A DNA stretch of 64,000 nt from Eledone cirrhosa (Eukaryota). The stretch covers positions 10,664,001 through 10,728,000 of the forward strand of contig OZ024762.1 of NCBI GenBank assembly GCA_964016885.1, written 5' to 3'. The position numbers and the translations under genes were made by a program. This document shows positions 15,216-28,154 of this stretch, one piece after another. The notes under the pieces were generated by a model that searched no databases, had not been told where the DNA came from, and was given only the letters and a program-made list of their open reading frames with translations. Position 1 is the stretch's first letter. Each line of letters begins with the position of its first letter.

Positions 15216-16004
15216 CAGAGAGAAAGAGAGCAATACAGAGAGAAAGAGAGCGATACAGAGAGAAAGAGAGCGATACAGAGAGAAAGAGAGCGATACAGAG
15301 AGACATAGAAGAGAGAGAGACAGACACAGCGAGAAAGAGTGGGAGATAGATAGAGAGAGAGAGAGCGAGTCAGACAGAGAGAGAGAGAGAATATCTGCTA
15401 AAACTGACATATCGACAAATCTGAATTATTTCTCATGCAAATTAAGACAACCATGAGAAGAAAAAAATAAACAAACAAAAAAGAAAAAAAAAAATGGTTT
15501 CTAATTTAGGCACAAGGCCAGCAATTTTCAGTGCTGGTTGGGGTTGCGGTGCTGATACATCAATTAAATAAAATAAAAGTACCTGACTTATACTTCTTAT
15601 TACCACCACCCCACCTCTCCTTCACGATGGATGGAGAGCAAAGTTGTGAATCATTTTGCCCGACGCTCTAACGATTCTATGATATTATATATAATGTTCA
15701 TCATCTTAATAATTTTTTTTTTCCTTTATTATTATTGATAAAAATTATAATAATTAATTTAATTTAATTAATTACACGTACTGCAAATATTAATTACGTA
15801 TTTACACGCGAGTAAAAATGTTATTTTAAAATTCTGCCTGTCAGCAATTATGTTGTCATTTTTGAAACAACGACGTTTATTAGCTTTAATATATATATAG
15901 AGATAGATAGATATAATAGGGTGTCCTAAAAAAATGTATAAACATTTATTAGAACACTGTTGATGTGTGTTTACATTTTAGCGGGGGACACCCTATATAT
16001 ATAT

Positions 16005-16365
16005 ATGGTGGCTGCCAACTCGTTTTCGAGTACGGCCACTACTTTATATCCATGTAGGAGAACCCCTACCGATGCGCTGAACGAGTGTGACTTTTTAGTC
16101 CAGCCAGCGACTTGAAAGCTCTGGTACAAACACTACACTTGTGACAATTATTGACACATAGTGCTGGGCCCATGGTACCATGTGACGACAAATGCAGAGA
16201 GATCTCCAGATATAAAGCAATGCCTGTGCCATGAAGCTTTTATAGTGAGCAAAGGCACTGCACAAAGCCAGTCCCACTCTCTTAACCAAGATGATATTTA
16301 CCAAAAAGAAGAACAAGTCAACATCATTGGATACCATCAGGGTTGCAGGTGTTATATCAGAGTTT
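16005..16365 (-). mobile_element. Second copy of the C2H2-bearing LINE 3' fragment
   Basis: Near identity with 33793-34152. Confidence 0.65.
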
Positions 16366-16382
16366 AGATATATATACATACA

Positions 16383-16458
16383 CAGGGTGTCCCAAAGATG
16401 TATACACACTTCAACAGCATTCTAATAAATATGTGTATACATTTTTGGGGGTACCCTG
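16383..16458. mobile_element. Tc1/mariner-type miniature MITE (~76-90 bp)
   Basis: CAGGGTGTCCC...ATGTATACAC / GTGTATACAT...ACCCTG|TA. Copies at 13304-13394, 15917-15995 and 35175-35254, all in TA context. Confidence 0.7.
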
Positions 16459-16460
16459 TA

Positions 16461-16511
<51 letters not shown>

Positions 16512-16777
16512 TTTCTGAATTTGTTTAGCAAGATTCTTTATCTGAAATCGTGTGTTGAAACCGATATTGTTATACTTTGGGAGGGTCATGTTGCCAATAA
16601 GAAACACACGCACCAGTTGCTTTCACTTCAATTTATTATATATTTATAAATTTACAAATTTATAAATCTATAAATTTCTGGTTGGTTGGTTGGTTCCACA
16701 ACCAGATAGTTGTTTATATATAGTAAATGGCGTAGGACAGAGAAAGGAGAGGCACAGAAACAAAGAAAGGAATCCCC

Positions 16778-16822
16778 AGTCACTGAAGAGGTCACAGAGT
16801 GTGTGACGAAAGGACTATGACT
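16778..16822 (+). ncRNA. Hammerhead ribozyme in the loop of a 150-160 bp inverted repeat (16564-16724 / 16820-16972)
   Basis: AGTCA-CTGAAGA-G-GTCAC agagtgt GTGAC-GAA-AGgaCT-A-TGACT; 5-bp stems I and II, predicted cleavage after 16817. Confidence 0.8.
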
Positions 16823-17038
16823 ATATATAAACAACTATCTGGTTGTGGAACCAACCAGAAATTTATAGATTTATAAATTTGTAAATTTATAAATATATAA
16901 TAAATTGAAGTGAAAGCAACTGGTGCACGTGTTTCTTATTGGCAACATGACCCTCCCAAAGTATAACAATATATATATATATATATATAGGGTGTCCCCC
17001 GCTAAAATGTAAACACATATATATATATATATTTATAT

Positions 17039-17106
17039 TTCATCTGATGAGCGTACTGGATGTTTCTGTAAGGATAATCTAGTCTCCTGAAACCTTTGGT
17101 AATGGA
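17039..17106 (+). ncRNA. Hammerhead ribozyme-like fold, diverged
   Basis: TTCAT-CTGATGA-[imperfect long stem II]-GAA-ACC ttt GGT-A-ATGGA. Confidence 0.55.
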
Positions 17107-17396
17107 ATAATTATATTGTATTGTTTATTATGTAATTAAATAGCTCTGTACTACACATAGAGCACTCTTCTTTCCTTTACTTCTGTCCAGCGATTCTTTC
17201 CTGAGACATTCTAACCACATGTCCATAGTATCAGAGCTGTGATCATCATCATCGCCATCGTTTAACGTCTATCTTCCAAGCTAGCATGGGTTTCACGGGA
17301 ATTGTCCCACTTGAGGCAAGATTGGTTGGGTGACCGTGTTCGCTCGTATAGGACTGTCTGGCAGGTTTTCTAGGGCTGGATATATATATATATATA

Positions 17397-17434
<38 letters not shown>

Positions 17435-17484
17435 TATATAAATATATATATATATAAATATATATAAATATATATATATAGATA

Positions 17485-17521
<37 letters not shown>

Positions 17522-17751
17522 CAAATTTATAAATTTAGGAATTTATAAATTTCCGGTTGAAGTGAAAGCAACTGGTACATGTGTTTCTTATTGGCAGCAT
17601 GAGTCTCCCAAAGTATAACAATATATATATATTTATATATTTATATATATGTAAATGATGTAATTCCATCGGAAAAGACCAGGAAAAAAGAGTGCTCTAT
17701 GTAGGTAACAGAGCTTAATAGTTATGTAATAAACAACATAAGGCAATTATT

Positions 17752-17806
17752 CCATTTACCAGTGGTTTCTTAAAAGCAAAAAATTTTGCATTCAATCATC
17801 AGAATG
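17752..17806 (-). ncRNA. Hammerhead ribozyme, tail-to-tail partner of the 17039 copy
   Basis: Reverse complement CATT-CTGATGA-TTGAATGCAAAAttTTTTGCTTTTAA-GAA-ACCAcTGGT-A-AATG; tail 17685-17752 is homologous to 17104-17175. Confidence 0.65.
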
Positions 17807-18850
17807 AAAAAATCCTGGTCTGTTTATTGAATTTGCCCTTCCTAACACCAATCACATTTACAGTGTGGACTGGGAGGTTTTTACCGTGTTACCTACGCGA
17901 TCACATTTACAGCGTGGACTGTGTGATTTTTTTGTCGTGACACCTACATGACCTCATTACAGTATATATCCAGCAATCTGTTCAGGTGAAACACACTGGT
18001 AAGCTGCTGATGTACGCAGCCTCCAGGTGTGACACAGCTGTATCGAATACACTGTCACCTCTGCATAGCCAATTCAGAAAGATCCACTCACTCCGAAAGA
18101 AGTGGTGGTGGTGGTGGTAAGGGGGCGTTGTATTAGGGTTGACATTCAGTTGCCGTTTCTATCGTTTCCATATTGTTTTTTAAGGGTTCACCTTCTGCTT
18201 GCTGCCGTAATATCCAGAGAGCTCCCTAGGCTTTGCCAAAGGAATGGGCGGCAAACCCCCAGTTGCTAAACTCCTGTGGCATGCACCTGGTCCTCTATCC
18301 TGCTCTTTACCAACTTTGCTCTCTTCCTCCCTGTGCCTCCTCCTGGGCAGTGAGTTAGCTCCACTAAAATGAGCTGTCTTTTCATATAGTTCATTCACCA
18401 ATTCATTTGTTTTTTGCAAATCTTTGGTTGTCAAAATTAGGGTGTGTCCTTGAGGACGAAGCGTCTTTGGCACTGGGAAATATGGTATCTACTTCATCAT
18501 TATCCAGTGGCCTCGACTCAACAATTGATCTCCACGTGGATCTGTCGTCACTCATTGTTGCAACCAAATCCTGGATTTCAATACCAGAATCTCTGGAGAT
18601 GACATCGGGATAGGAGAGATTGTGCCTCGTCTTATTAGTGACTGTTTTGGGTTTCCAAAGCACTAATGGGGACACAGCCTTATAGGTGGCATGATGGCAG
18701 TGGCCAGCAAATCTTACTCTTCTTTTACGTACAACAACAGAGATACGTGGGAGGCCGGCATATATTTCTCCTTATCTACTTACCTATCTGTCTATCTCTC
18801 TATTTATCACTTACCTGCCTATTTATTTATCTATCTATTTATCTATCCAG

Positions 18851-19525
18851 ATGCGTGTGCGACGAGGAAACCGTTGCACACGCATTGGTACACTGCTCGG
18901 GCATTGCCGATCTGTGGGGTTATGTCGAACAACTGCTGTCAAGGGTGGGACCAATCCGGTTGACCACCGAGTCTATTGTAACGATCAAGCCACCTCCCCT
19001 CTTCAAAAACGAAGGAGAGGCGGTGTTTCTGTGCGTAATAGCCATGGCGAAAGAGGTTGTATGGTGGACGCGTCTGAAAGGACTGAGGTCAGACACCTTT
19101 CTCTCTGGCCAACAACTGGTCCGTTTCTTCCGATATCATTTCGGAAGAAGGATCAGGATGGAGAGAGAGGTGCTGCACCCCAGCCGTTTCTATGAAAGAT
19201 GGGTGAAAGTGGCGAGAATGGCCCGTGTGAATGGGCCTTCACTCTACATCAGACTATAGGTGAGGAAGATGAAAGACCAAGGGAGCACCCCTTCTCTGTT
19301 CTCCTGAGGAGAAGGGTTGCACACTTTTTTCGGGGGTGTGTGCGACCCCCCAAGGCGCCTCCTCTCTATTGAGGACTTTGTTATAAATTTTATTTTTTGT
19401 TATATTTTATTTTATTTTTATATATTGTTATTGCCTCCTCCTTATTGAGGACGCCTTGTTTTGTAAACTCCCCCCATTGTACTTGTCCCACTTTTGATGC
19501 CCTGGTGGCAAATAAAAGAAACATA
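18851..19525 (+). mobile_element. 3' fragment of an L1/Tx1-clade LINE (C-terminal zinc knuckle plus 3'UTR)
   Basis: ORF 18666..19259 contains RCVCDEETVAHALVHC (CCHC knuckle); 3'UTR ends gccctggtggcaaataaaagaaac + (ATCT)n. Related 3' ends at 29810-29910, 45752-45775, 51997-52172 and 61060-61320. Confidence 0.75.
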
Positions 19526-20029
19526 TCTATTTATCTATCTATATATCTCTCTATCTATTTATGTGTATATGTATGTATGTACGTACCTATCTATCTATCT
19601 ACTTACCTATGTATCTATCTATTTACCTATGTACCTATCTATATATCTATCTACTCACTTGTGTGTCTATTTATCCTCTTACCTATGTATCTATATATCT
19701 ATGTATTTATCTATCTATTTGTCTGTCCACCTGTCTACCTCTTTATATATCTGTCTATGTCTATTTTTCTGTCTTCATATCTGTCTGTGTTTGCCTGTCT
19801 GCCTGTCCATTCTTCCATCCATCCTTCTGCCTGTCCATTCCTCTATCTTTAGCAATGTATCTTTCCTAACCTTGGACAAGAACAACAATAACAACAACCA
19901 CAACAACACACTAATCCCAATAGCAAAGTTAGTTAGACAAACATAGATAAATAGATAGATAGATAGTCAGAGAAATAGATAGAACAAAGTCATCATAATT
20001 TAGCAGATATATGTTTGATAATGATTACA

Positions 20030-20368
20030 TTTCTAATGAAATACACTCTATTTTAATTAATTAATGAAGAAGTTTGTGACATTTATTAAAATTATTAATT
20101 ATTTCATTACTGAGATAGTAACTTAATGTAAGGTTCTTATATAAATTATGTTGGAAGATTTTAATTTAAATTGGACACTTTTAAAATGAGTGGTTTTATT
20201 TCGTCGAAAAAGAGCTGGTTTGGGCCAGGTTGATAGCTAAAGGGTTAAATGATTCTCATATAAAATTATATGGGAATATTTTAATTTAAATAGCAATGTT
20301 TTAAAATGGGTGGTTTTGTTTCATAGAACCAGAACTGGTTTTGGCAGGGTCGGTAACTAAATGGTTAA
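20030..20368. mobile_element. Second dispersed AT-rich MITE family ending (a/g)ctaaa(g/t)gg|ttaa
   Basis: aaattattaattatttcattactaagatagtaacttaatgtaaggttcttatataaaattatgttgg recurs at 540-670, 930-1100(-), 10140-10400, 20030-20368 and 36550-36680. Confidence 0.55.
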
Positions 20369-20833
20369 AGAAGTTATGAAAGAAAATGATTGTAACTGGT
20401 TTAAAGGAATATAAAATGAAATCTGGAGATGGCCAAAGTGACAAGATGGAGAAGGTTCTGGAAAACTCAAGGATTCAAGCATCTTTACATAGAATATTCT
20501 TATCAAGAAATTATAAAATTTAACAATTCCTTTGTTGATTAACTAATTATGCAATCCACACCTGATGATGTCACCGGGATCTTATGTAACCAGGCCATTA
20601 AAAAATATATATATATTGTTTTTGCAAGAATAAAACTTTAAAAGAACATCACCAGTCCAGCCTCCTGTTGTTTTTATCAAACCAATATTTAACTCCGTTC
20701 CAGCACCAACCACACGATTTGATATCACCATTGGATGAGTTGCATAATGTAGAGTGCTTTCCCTACTACTACACCATGATTAACTAAATGGAATGACCAG
20801 TTCTATCTAGTGGTGAACCACTAAACATGAATG

Positions 20834-20892
<59 letters not shown>

Positions 20893-21082
20893 TGGAAACA
20901 GCTGTTCTGTTAAACATATTATAATTAAGAGTTTATTAAATTGATTTTTACTCATTTCTTTATGTTCAGTCTGTGTGGGTGTCTATCTATATATATATAC
21001 ATATACATACATATATATATACATACATATATACATACATACATACATATATACATACATACATATATACATACATATATAC

Positions 21083-21135
<53 letters not shown>

Positions 21136-21504
21136 GATGTATACATGTATATATATGTATGTATATATATATACATGTATACATGTATATATATGTATGT
21201 ATATATATATAGATGTATACATGTATATATATATGTATATATATAAATGTTTTTTTATAAAATACATGTATATATATATATATGTATATATATAAATGTT
21301 TTTTTATAAAATACATGTATATGTATATATATATATATACATGTATTTTATAAAAAAACATTTGGTGACCTATTTGTTGTTTGGTGTTTTCCCTCTCTCT
21401 GCTATAGGAATGTATATATATGTATGTATATATATATATATAGATGTATACAAGTATATATATGTATATATATATATGTATATATATAAATGTTTTTTTA
21501 TAAA

Positions 21505-21588
<84 letters not shown>

Positions 21589-22181
21589 GTATTTTATAAA
21601 AAAACATTTGGTGACCTATTTGTTGTTTGGTGTTTTCCCTCTCTCTGCTATAGGAATGTAAAAGGAGAAAGCATTGACTGTGTTGAGAGAGGTGTGTGTG
21701 AGAGAGAGAGAGGGGGAGAGAGAGCAATGATTATAAAGTGAGAATTGACAGGGAAAATACGATGCAATGAAGTGAGTAGACTGAATATATAATGGGATAG
21801 GCATAGGTTGTGGAAATAAGTGAGAGAGGCACCAATGATGGAGAGGCATTTTTGATAAGATAAGAAATTCTATGTGATATAGAGAGTAAACAAATTATAC
21901 TTAAAATGATGGAAAGGGAAAAACAGAGGCAGTTATGTGTGCATGTGAGTATCATCATCATCATCATCATCATTTAATGTCCATTTTCCATGCTAGCATG
22001 TGTAGGACCAATGTCCCATTATAAGACAACCATGTCAGAGGAGTGGGGTTTGCTCAATAAGAATTATATATATACATACACAAGTCAATTATATATATAT
22101 CTCTCTCTCTCTCTACACACACATATATATATATATATACATAAACCCATAGAGCAAATATTTATTATAAGAACAGATTAA

Positions 22182-22297
22182 AGTTTAAGCATAGAATCGT
22201 TGCTTTCACCCTTAACGGGATCTTCTGAAACTAAAAAAATATTTTTAATTTCAGAAGATCCCGTTAAGGGTGAAAGCAGCGGTTCTATGCTTAAACT
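22182..22297. ncRNA. Inverted pair of U4A-variant hammerhead folds (family C)
   Basis: Minus copy 22182-22232: AGTTT-CAGAAGA-TCCCgttaaGGGT-GAA-AGCA acgattcta TGCT-T-AAACT; plus copy 22247-22297. Confidence 0.6.
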
Positions 22298-22599
22298 GTT
22301 CTTATAATAAATGTATATATTTATATGTTTGTGTCTGTGTGTGTGTGAAGGCGCATGACTAAATGGTTAGAGCATTGAAATTTAAATAAGCGTGGGCGAT
22401 TATTTGAGACTCGAGAGAAAATGTATTTCATATAACAAATATTTTTAAAGGGACGTAACTCATTAAAGGGAAGCTACTGTGAGAGATATTCGTTTCAAGA
22501 TAATTTTCCTTTTATCCAATGACTGTAAACTCCTAATTGATTGATGCGGGACACCCTCGTAGCATACGACATGTATTGGGCTTTTTAAATCGAGCGGAG

Positions 22600-23345
22600 T
22601 CCATCCTCATTCCATGTCTATAGGATGTTTTGCCGATGATATGTAAAATCGTGCGTTCGACTCCAAGCTGCTCTTTGTGTCCGTGAGCAAAACACTTATA
22701 CAGAGTGTCCATAGTGTCCGAGTATATAACCGAGATAATTGGTGATGTTTGTGAAGGCGCTTGGCTGTTCTAGTGCACCAGCCTCGCCATCACCCGCGGC
22801 AACTCTGCGAGCGTGTTGGCTTGCCTCAAAAAATATTAGAGAGGTTTCCAGTGCTCCTCACGATATCGTTATTTTTTGTTCTGGTAGTGGTTCGTTTGTA
22901 CACCCCTTTCGCCTGTCTTGTTACATGTGGTCCTAGATGTGTGTATTACCTGCTTGTGTGTGTGTTATTTTTCTTTTTTTCCTTTCCCTTTTCTTTTTAT
23001 TTTCTCTTTCTATTTGTAATTTTATGATAACGGTTATGTTGACAAATAAACTCAAATATGTAAAAAATATAGTTACCAAGCTACAAGCATTTTAAATTAA
23101 TAAATATGTGAAATTTTATTCACAGTTGTATAAAAAGAAATATAATAATACAATGTTTACAGAACGAAAGCACAAACAAATACAATATAAAGGAAAGGGA
23201 AAGAGAAAAGAAAAAAACAACACAGAAGCAGGCAACACACACAACTAGGACCACATACAACAAAAGGCAGTCGATAGGGGTGGACAACGGAGCCGCCTCC
23301 AGAGCAAAAGATAACAGTATCGCGAGGTGTATTGGAAAACCTCTA
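22600..23345. mobile_element. Two diverged LINE-like 3' ends in tail-to-tail orientation
   Basis: 22840-23010 is an imperfect reverse complement of 23185-23345 (agaggtttccagtg...gtggtcctag...tgtgtg vs cacacaactaggaccac...tggaaaacctct). Confidence 0.5.
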
Positions 23346-25159
23346 CGCGGACTTTATGGAGAACCAGTAATTCAGCAGGAAAAAAAATCGTATCATACCT
23401 GAGTCACATTTAATCGCATTAGAATTACATTAAAGGTACACGTGTTTGTAGAAGGCTTAATCACTTACACGTTAATTTCACGGGCAGGCTGTTACGTTGT
23501 TCAAACCAATGGAACACTTCCAATATTAAAATGTAATGGAGATTGTAAAAGTAAAATTTGTATTATAGAGAGCATATAAATAAATTTACAGTAGAATAAC
23601 ATAACAAATATGTTTTAAATATATACATACATAACATTACAAATGCTTAGATAACATTATAAATTGCTCGCAATTCTTTTAATGTTACAATATTAAAGAA
23701 AATGTAAAGGAAGGGGTGAACAAATGAGCCAACACCAAAGCAAAAAACGTCGTGAGGAAGCGAAGTTTTATATGTTGTGGAAGAAATGACGAACACAACA
23801 AATAGCAACAATTCTCGTTGAATATATATTTTAACTTCACTTCAGCAAAAAGGATAAAAAAGCTTTTTAAAAAATGATTGCTTCGAATCGTAAATATAAT
23901 TGTTTCTACTTTAGGCACAAGGCCAGCAATTACCCAGTACATTACTGGTACTTTATTTTATCGACCCCGTAAGGATGAAAGGCAAAGTTAACCTCAGCGG
24001 GATTTGAATCGTAAATATAATGTTTACTTATAGTGTTGACAAATAAATATACCAAAGATTATATATTATACGTCATGAATCTTAAGTAATGGCCGAAAGA
24101 ATACAGTCACGAATACAAGCAGCCGAAATGGGTTTCTTCCGAGTCTTAGGGGAAAGGTTACTCGATAAAGTGTGTAGCTTGGAGATCAGAAAGTAACTCG
24201 TGGTAGAGTCGCTACTTCCCCGAATTGAGAGATCACAGCTCCGATACTATGGGAATATGGTTAGAATGTCTCAGGAAAGAATCACTAGACAGATTTGTAG
24301 CTGGGAGATCAGAGAGTCACTCCAGGTAGAGCCGCTACTTCTCCGAAGAGAGAGATCACAGCTCTGATACTATGAGAATGTGGTTACAATGTCTCAGGAA
24401 AGAATCACTGGACAGATTTGTAACTCGGAGATCAGAGAGTCACTCCAGGTAGAGCCGCTACTTCTCCGAATTGAGAGATGGCAGCTCTGATATTATGGAC
24501 ATGTGGTTAGAATGTCTCAGGAAAGAATAGGCGAAGAAGAAAAAGAAGATAAATTAATATAGTGTTCAGTAAAACCTCAGTGTCGGAAGTATCTGGAGGA
24601 GTGACGTCACGTAAACAGAAAGTGGGGTCTTTTTCTTGGTTGGTTACCGTAGCTAGTGGATTATTTTGATGAGCTGAGCTTTTACAGGACCCGGAAATTG
24701 GGGTCACAACTCTACTCCCTTCTATTCACCCAACGTCACTGCTACTACTATGCCCTAATATTATGTCATCCATAACCCTTACATAATGAATTTGGGTTAC
24801 GTTAAATGTTGAGGGTACCATAGCTGTAACCCAATCGGTCCTTCATCCTTTTTAATCTCCCGTTACGAACCTGATAAAAATCTTTTCCCTCCGGCAAACC
24901 AAGGACACATTAATAACAGCGTGGAAGAGTTATTTTAACCGTTTAAAAACAAACAAAAACTGTAACTCTTTACACGCTACGTTTATCATTTATTTCTTGG
25001 TGTCAAAATCTTTGTTGCACTGTCTGCGACCTGGTTACTGACACAATTCCACTGTAACTAGCCAGACAGGTACAACGGTGTAATGTACCTGAGCACTGTA
25101 CACAATAATTTCCATTATTTATCATTATATAATACTGAATCAAATGACAGGGCAAGAAG

Positions 25160-25480
25160 TGACGCTCCCGACGCTGGAGTATAGGAGGTAGAGGGCAGAC
25201 ATAGTACAGTGTTTTAAAACACTTAGAGTTCGATAAAATACAGTACACTAGAAGGTGCTCCATCTACTGCAATGCACTGTTGAGAGAGGTACTCAGCAGG
25301 ACTACCCGAGGACAATCAGAAGCTCCAGGGGCAACACTAACAAAGTCATAGGAGCCACTTCTGCATGTGCGATCAACCACTGGAACAACCTCGAACAAGA
25401 AACAGTTGACGCACCCTCAGTCAAATTTTTAAGTCAAGGCTCGAGAAGGATGGACCAACTACCCGCTCAAGTTTAACTAT
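25160..25480 (+). mobile_element. CR1/L2-type LINE 3' fragment, degenerate
   Basis: Pieces LPTLEYRR*RAD and AINHWNNLEQETVDAPSV match the CR1 C-terminal pattern. Confidence 0.6.
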
Positions 25481-25691
25481 CACTTCTTGTATTGATGTCC
25501 ACCTGGGAGGCATCGATACCAAATGATCTTCGATACTCAGAAGAGAATCATCTCTACCTTGGTATGAGTCTAATTATCCTTACCGGGTACCAAATGACCA
25601 TACTTAAGATATATATATAAAGAGAGACCAAGTAAAAAGTAACTATCTAAGATATTTACACACATTTAGGAAGAATAGGATATTTACACAT

Positions 25692-25767
<76 letters not shown>

Positions 25768-26170
25768 ATGTAAAAGGTAAACAGAAATAACAACACTATC
25801 GGTACAGTATATGGAAGGAATATATTAGGTTAACGCTTGGTATAGCAGGTAGAGGTATATACATGAATACACATATACATGGAGCTAACAAAAGAGAATT
25901 AAAATTTGTTATATATATATATATATAAGTTCGGATCTAGCTGTCGAAACGGCCGGAGCTCAGCCGTCCGGGTCCGGACTCTTTCTATATATATATAAGA
26001 GATGTATTTAATTATGTCTCATATAAAATAATGCAACTGGCTATCCGCAAAATACGTATAGTTAGCACCCCAAACGTATAATTGGGATTATACTAAGGTA
26101 TATCCTAATGTTTTTTGAGTGAGACGAAAGCCGGTCGGAGTATTGCTTAAAGCTTTCTCTGTTAATGTAT

Positions 26171-26224
<54 letters not shown>

Positions 26225-26283
26225 GAAGGTATAAACCCGACAGCGACGCCTAGCATATTTATAAAACTGATCTATATTATATT

Positions 26284-26337
26284 TTATCTGATGAAAGCAC
26301 ACCATAATTTAACTTGGTGTCCTTGAAATATGTATAA
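26284..26337 (+). ncRNA. Hammerhead-like fold, diverged
   Basis: CTGATGA-AAGcACACCA...TGGTGTcCTT-GAA-ATATGT-A; stem I register imperfect. Confidence 0.5.
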
Positions 26338-27097
26338 TGAAATAAATATGGTTTTATAAATAGTTTCCATTTGTTAATATCGTATTTTTACTCCAAATAT
26401 TTGTTGAGTGCTTTATATTAGTTATAAAAATATTTGCTTGTTGTATCCCAACAATTTAAATAGAACTTTTACATATATATATATATGCGTGTGTATGTAT
26501 GTGTATAAAGAGAAAGTAGACAGCTATTTGAACGTGTGTATATATTTATGTGTAGAAGCATAAACATCAACAACAAACAATCTATACTATCGCTACCTCA
26601 ATGATATATATCAGGGGAATATGAGTAAAGGGTCCCATGTGTGCAGAACCCTAAGTGTACATCGCCTCAAGACCCTACTAGCATACAGAACCTTAACCGC
26701 ACAGAATAGGAAGAAGGCAGAACGAAATATAAAAATAGGTTTGTGAGTTATCCCCCCTTTGTTTTACCGCTCTTATGCATCGTCGCACCAGCAAAAGACG
26801 TTTGGTTGACGTCGACTGCTAAACGGAGCAGTTAGCAGGAAGGCAAATTATGAATTGACATACATATACATTCATACATACATACATGCATACATACACA
26901 TAAATATATACACACACAACTAAATACATACATACATACATACACACACACGCATAACTACTTACACATATATACATACATATATAAATACACACATACA
27001 TACATACATAAATAAATACACACATACATACACACATATACATACATACATCCACACACATATATATACATACACACACACACATATATATACATAC

Positions 27098-27132
<35 letters not shown>

Positions 27133-27177
27133 CATACGCACGTACATACATATACGGACACATACATTATCTCTCTC

Positions 27178-27229
<52 letters not shown>

Positions 27230-28154
27230 ATATATACACATATATATTTAGACAGACAAGATATACTTTATAGACAAGAAACGAAGATCTGCTCAGAGAA
27301 AAACGGCAAAAAGAACGAACTATTATTCGCTTCAAAACAAACGGATAATTTATCTCCCAAAACAACTAAAATTTCCGTGAGTAAAATTTTACACTGCTTT
27401 TCCATCCCCCTTTTTTGTACTGTTTAATCAGGGAGGGGTGAGCAAAACTTCTGACCCTCCCCTGTGCTTCAGAGCAATGTCGGATCAAGTGGGGTGTGGC
27501 TGTTTAGATTGTAGCTAGGCCCCACGATATTTAAAAGACTCCCCGATGACATTTTTGTTTTGTTTTTCTGCTAGGGTCCCTCTATGCAAATATAATCCTT
27601 CCCTGTATATCGACAGTCGATCGACAAGGTCCCAGGCCCCATTCGTTAAGCGAGTGAGTTCTGGGATCTTGTCGATCGATGAGAGATGTGGAGCTTGTCA
27701 AATCGGACCGAGGAAACAATGTTTCCGTTGGTCTTTCCAATTGCTAATATTAATCTATTGGTCGCAAATCCAGGCAGAAGAAGTAACGTGGAATAAAGTG
27801 TCTTGCTCAAGGACATAATGCATCGCCCGCTCCAGGAATGAAACTCACAACCTCACGATTGCGAACTCAACTCTCTAACCACCCAGCCACGCACTTCCAC
27901 TCCCTATATCAGCGACTATATATTTTCATATAATGTGGTTTATTGAGATAGATAGATAGATAAAGTCAGAGAGAAAGAGAGAGAGAGAGGAGGAGGTTGG
28001 GGATAGTGTGTGAGGGAGATAGAGAAAGAGAGAGAGAGAAAGAGAGACAGAGGGAGGGAGGGAGGAGGTTGGGGAGAGTAGACCCTTCAAGATCTCTGAA
28101 ACTAATCCAAATGCTTGATAACAGTGGCTTCTGTTAGAGGTGTTCAAGGGATAG

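Noticed and set aside
18666-19259. 197-aa ORF as a host gene
   Set aside because: Chimera of an RTE end, an (ATCT)n tract and an L1/Tx1 C-terminal knuckle.
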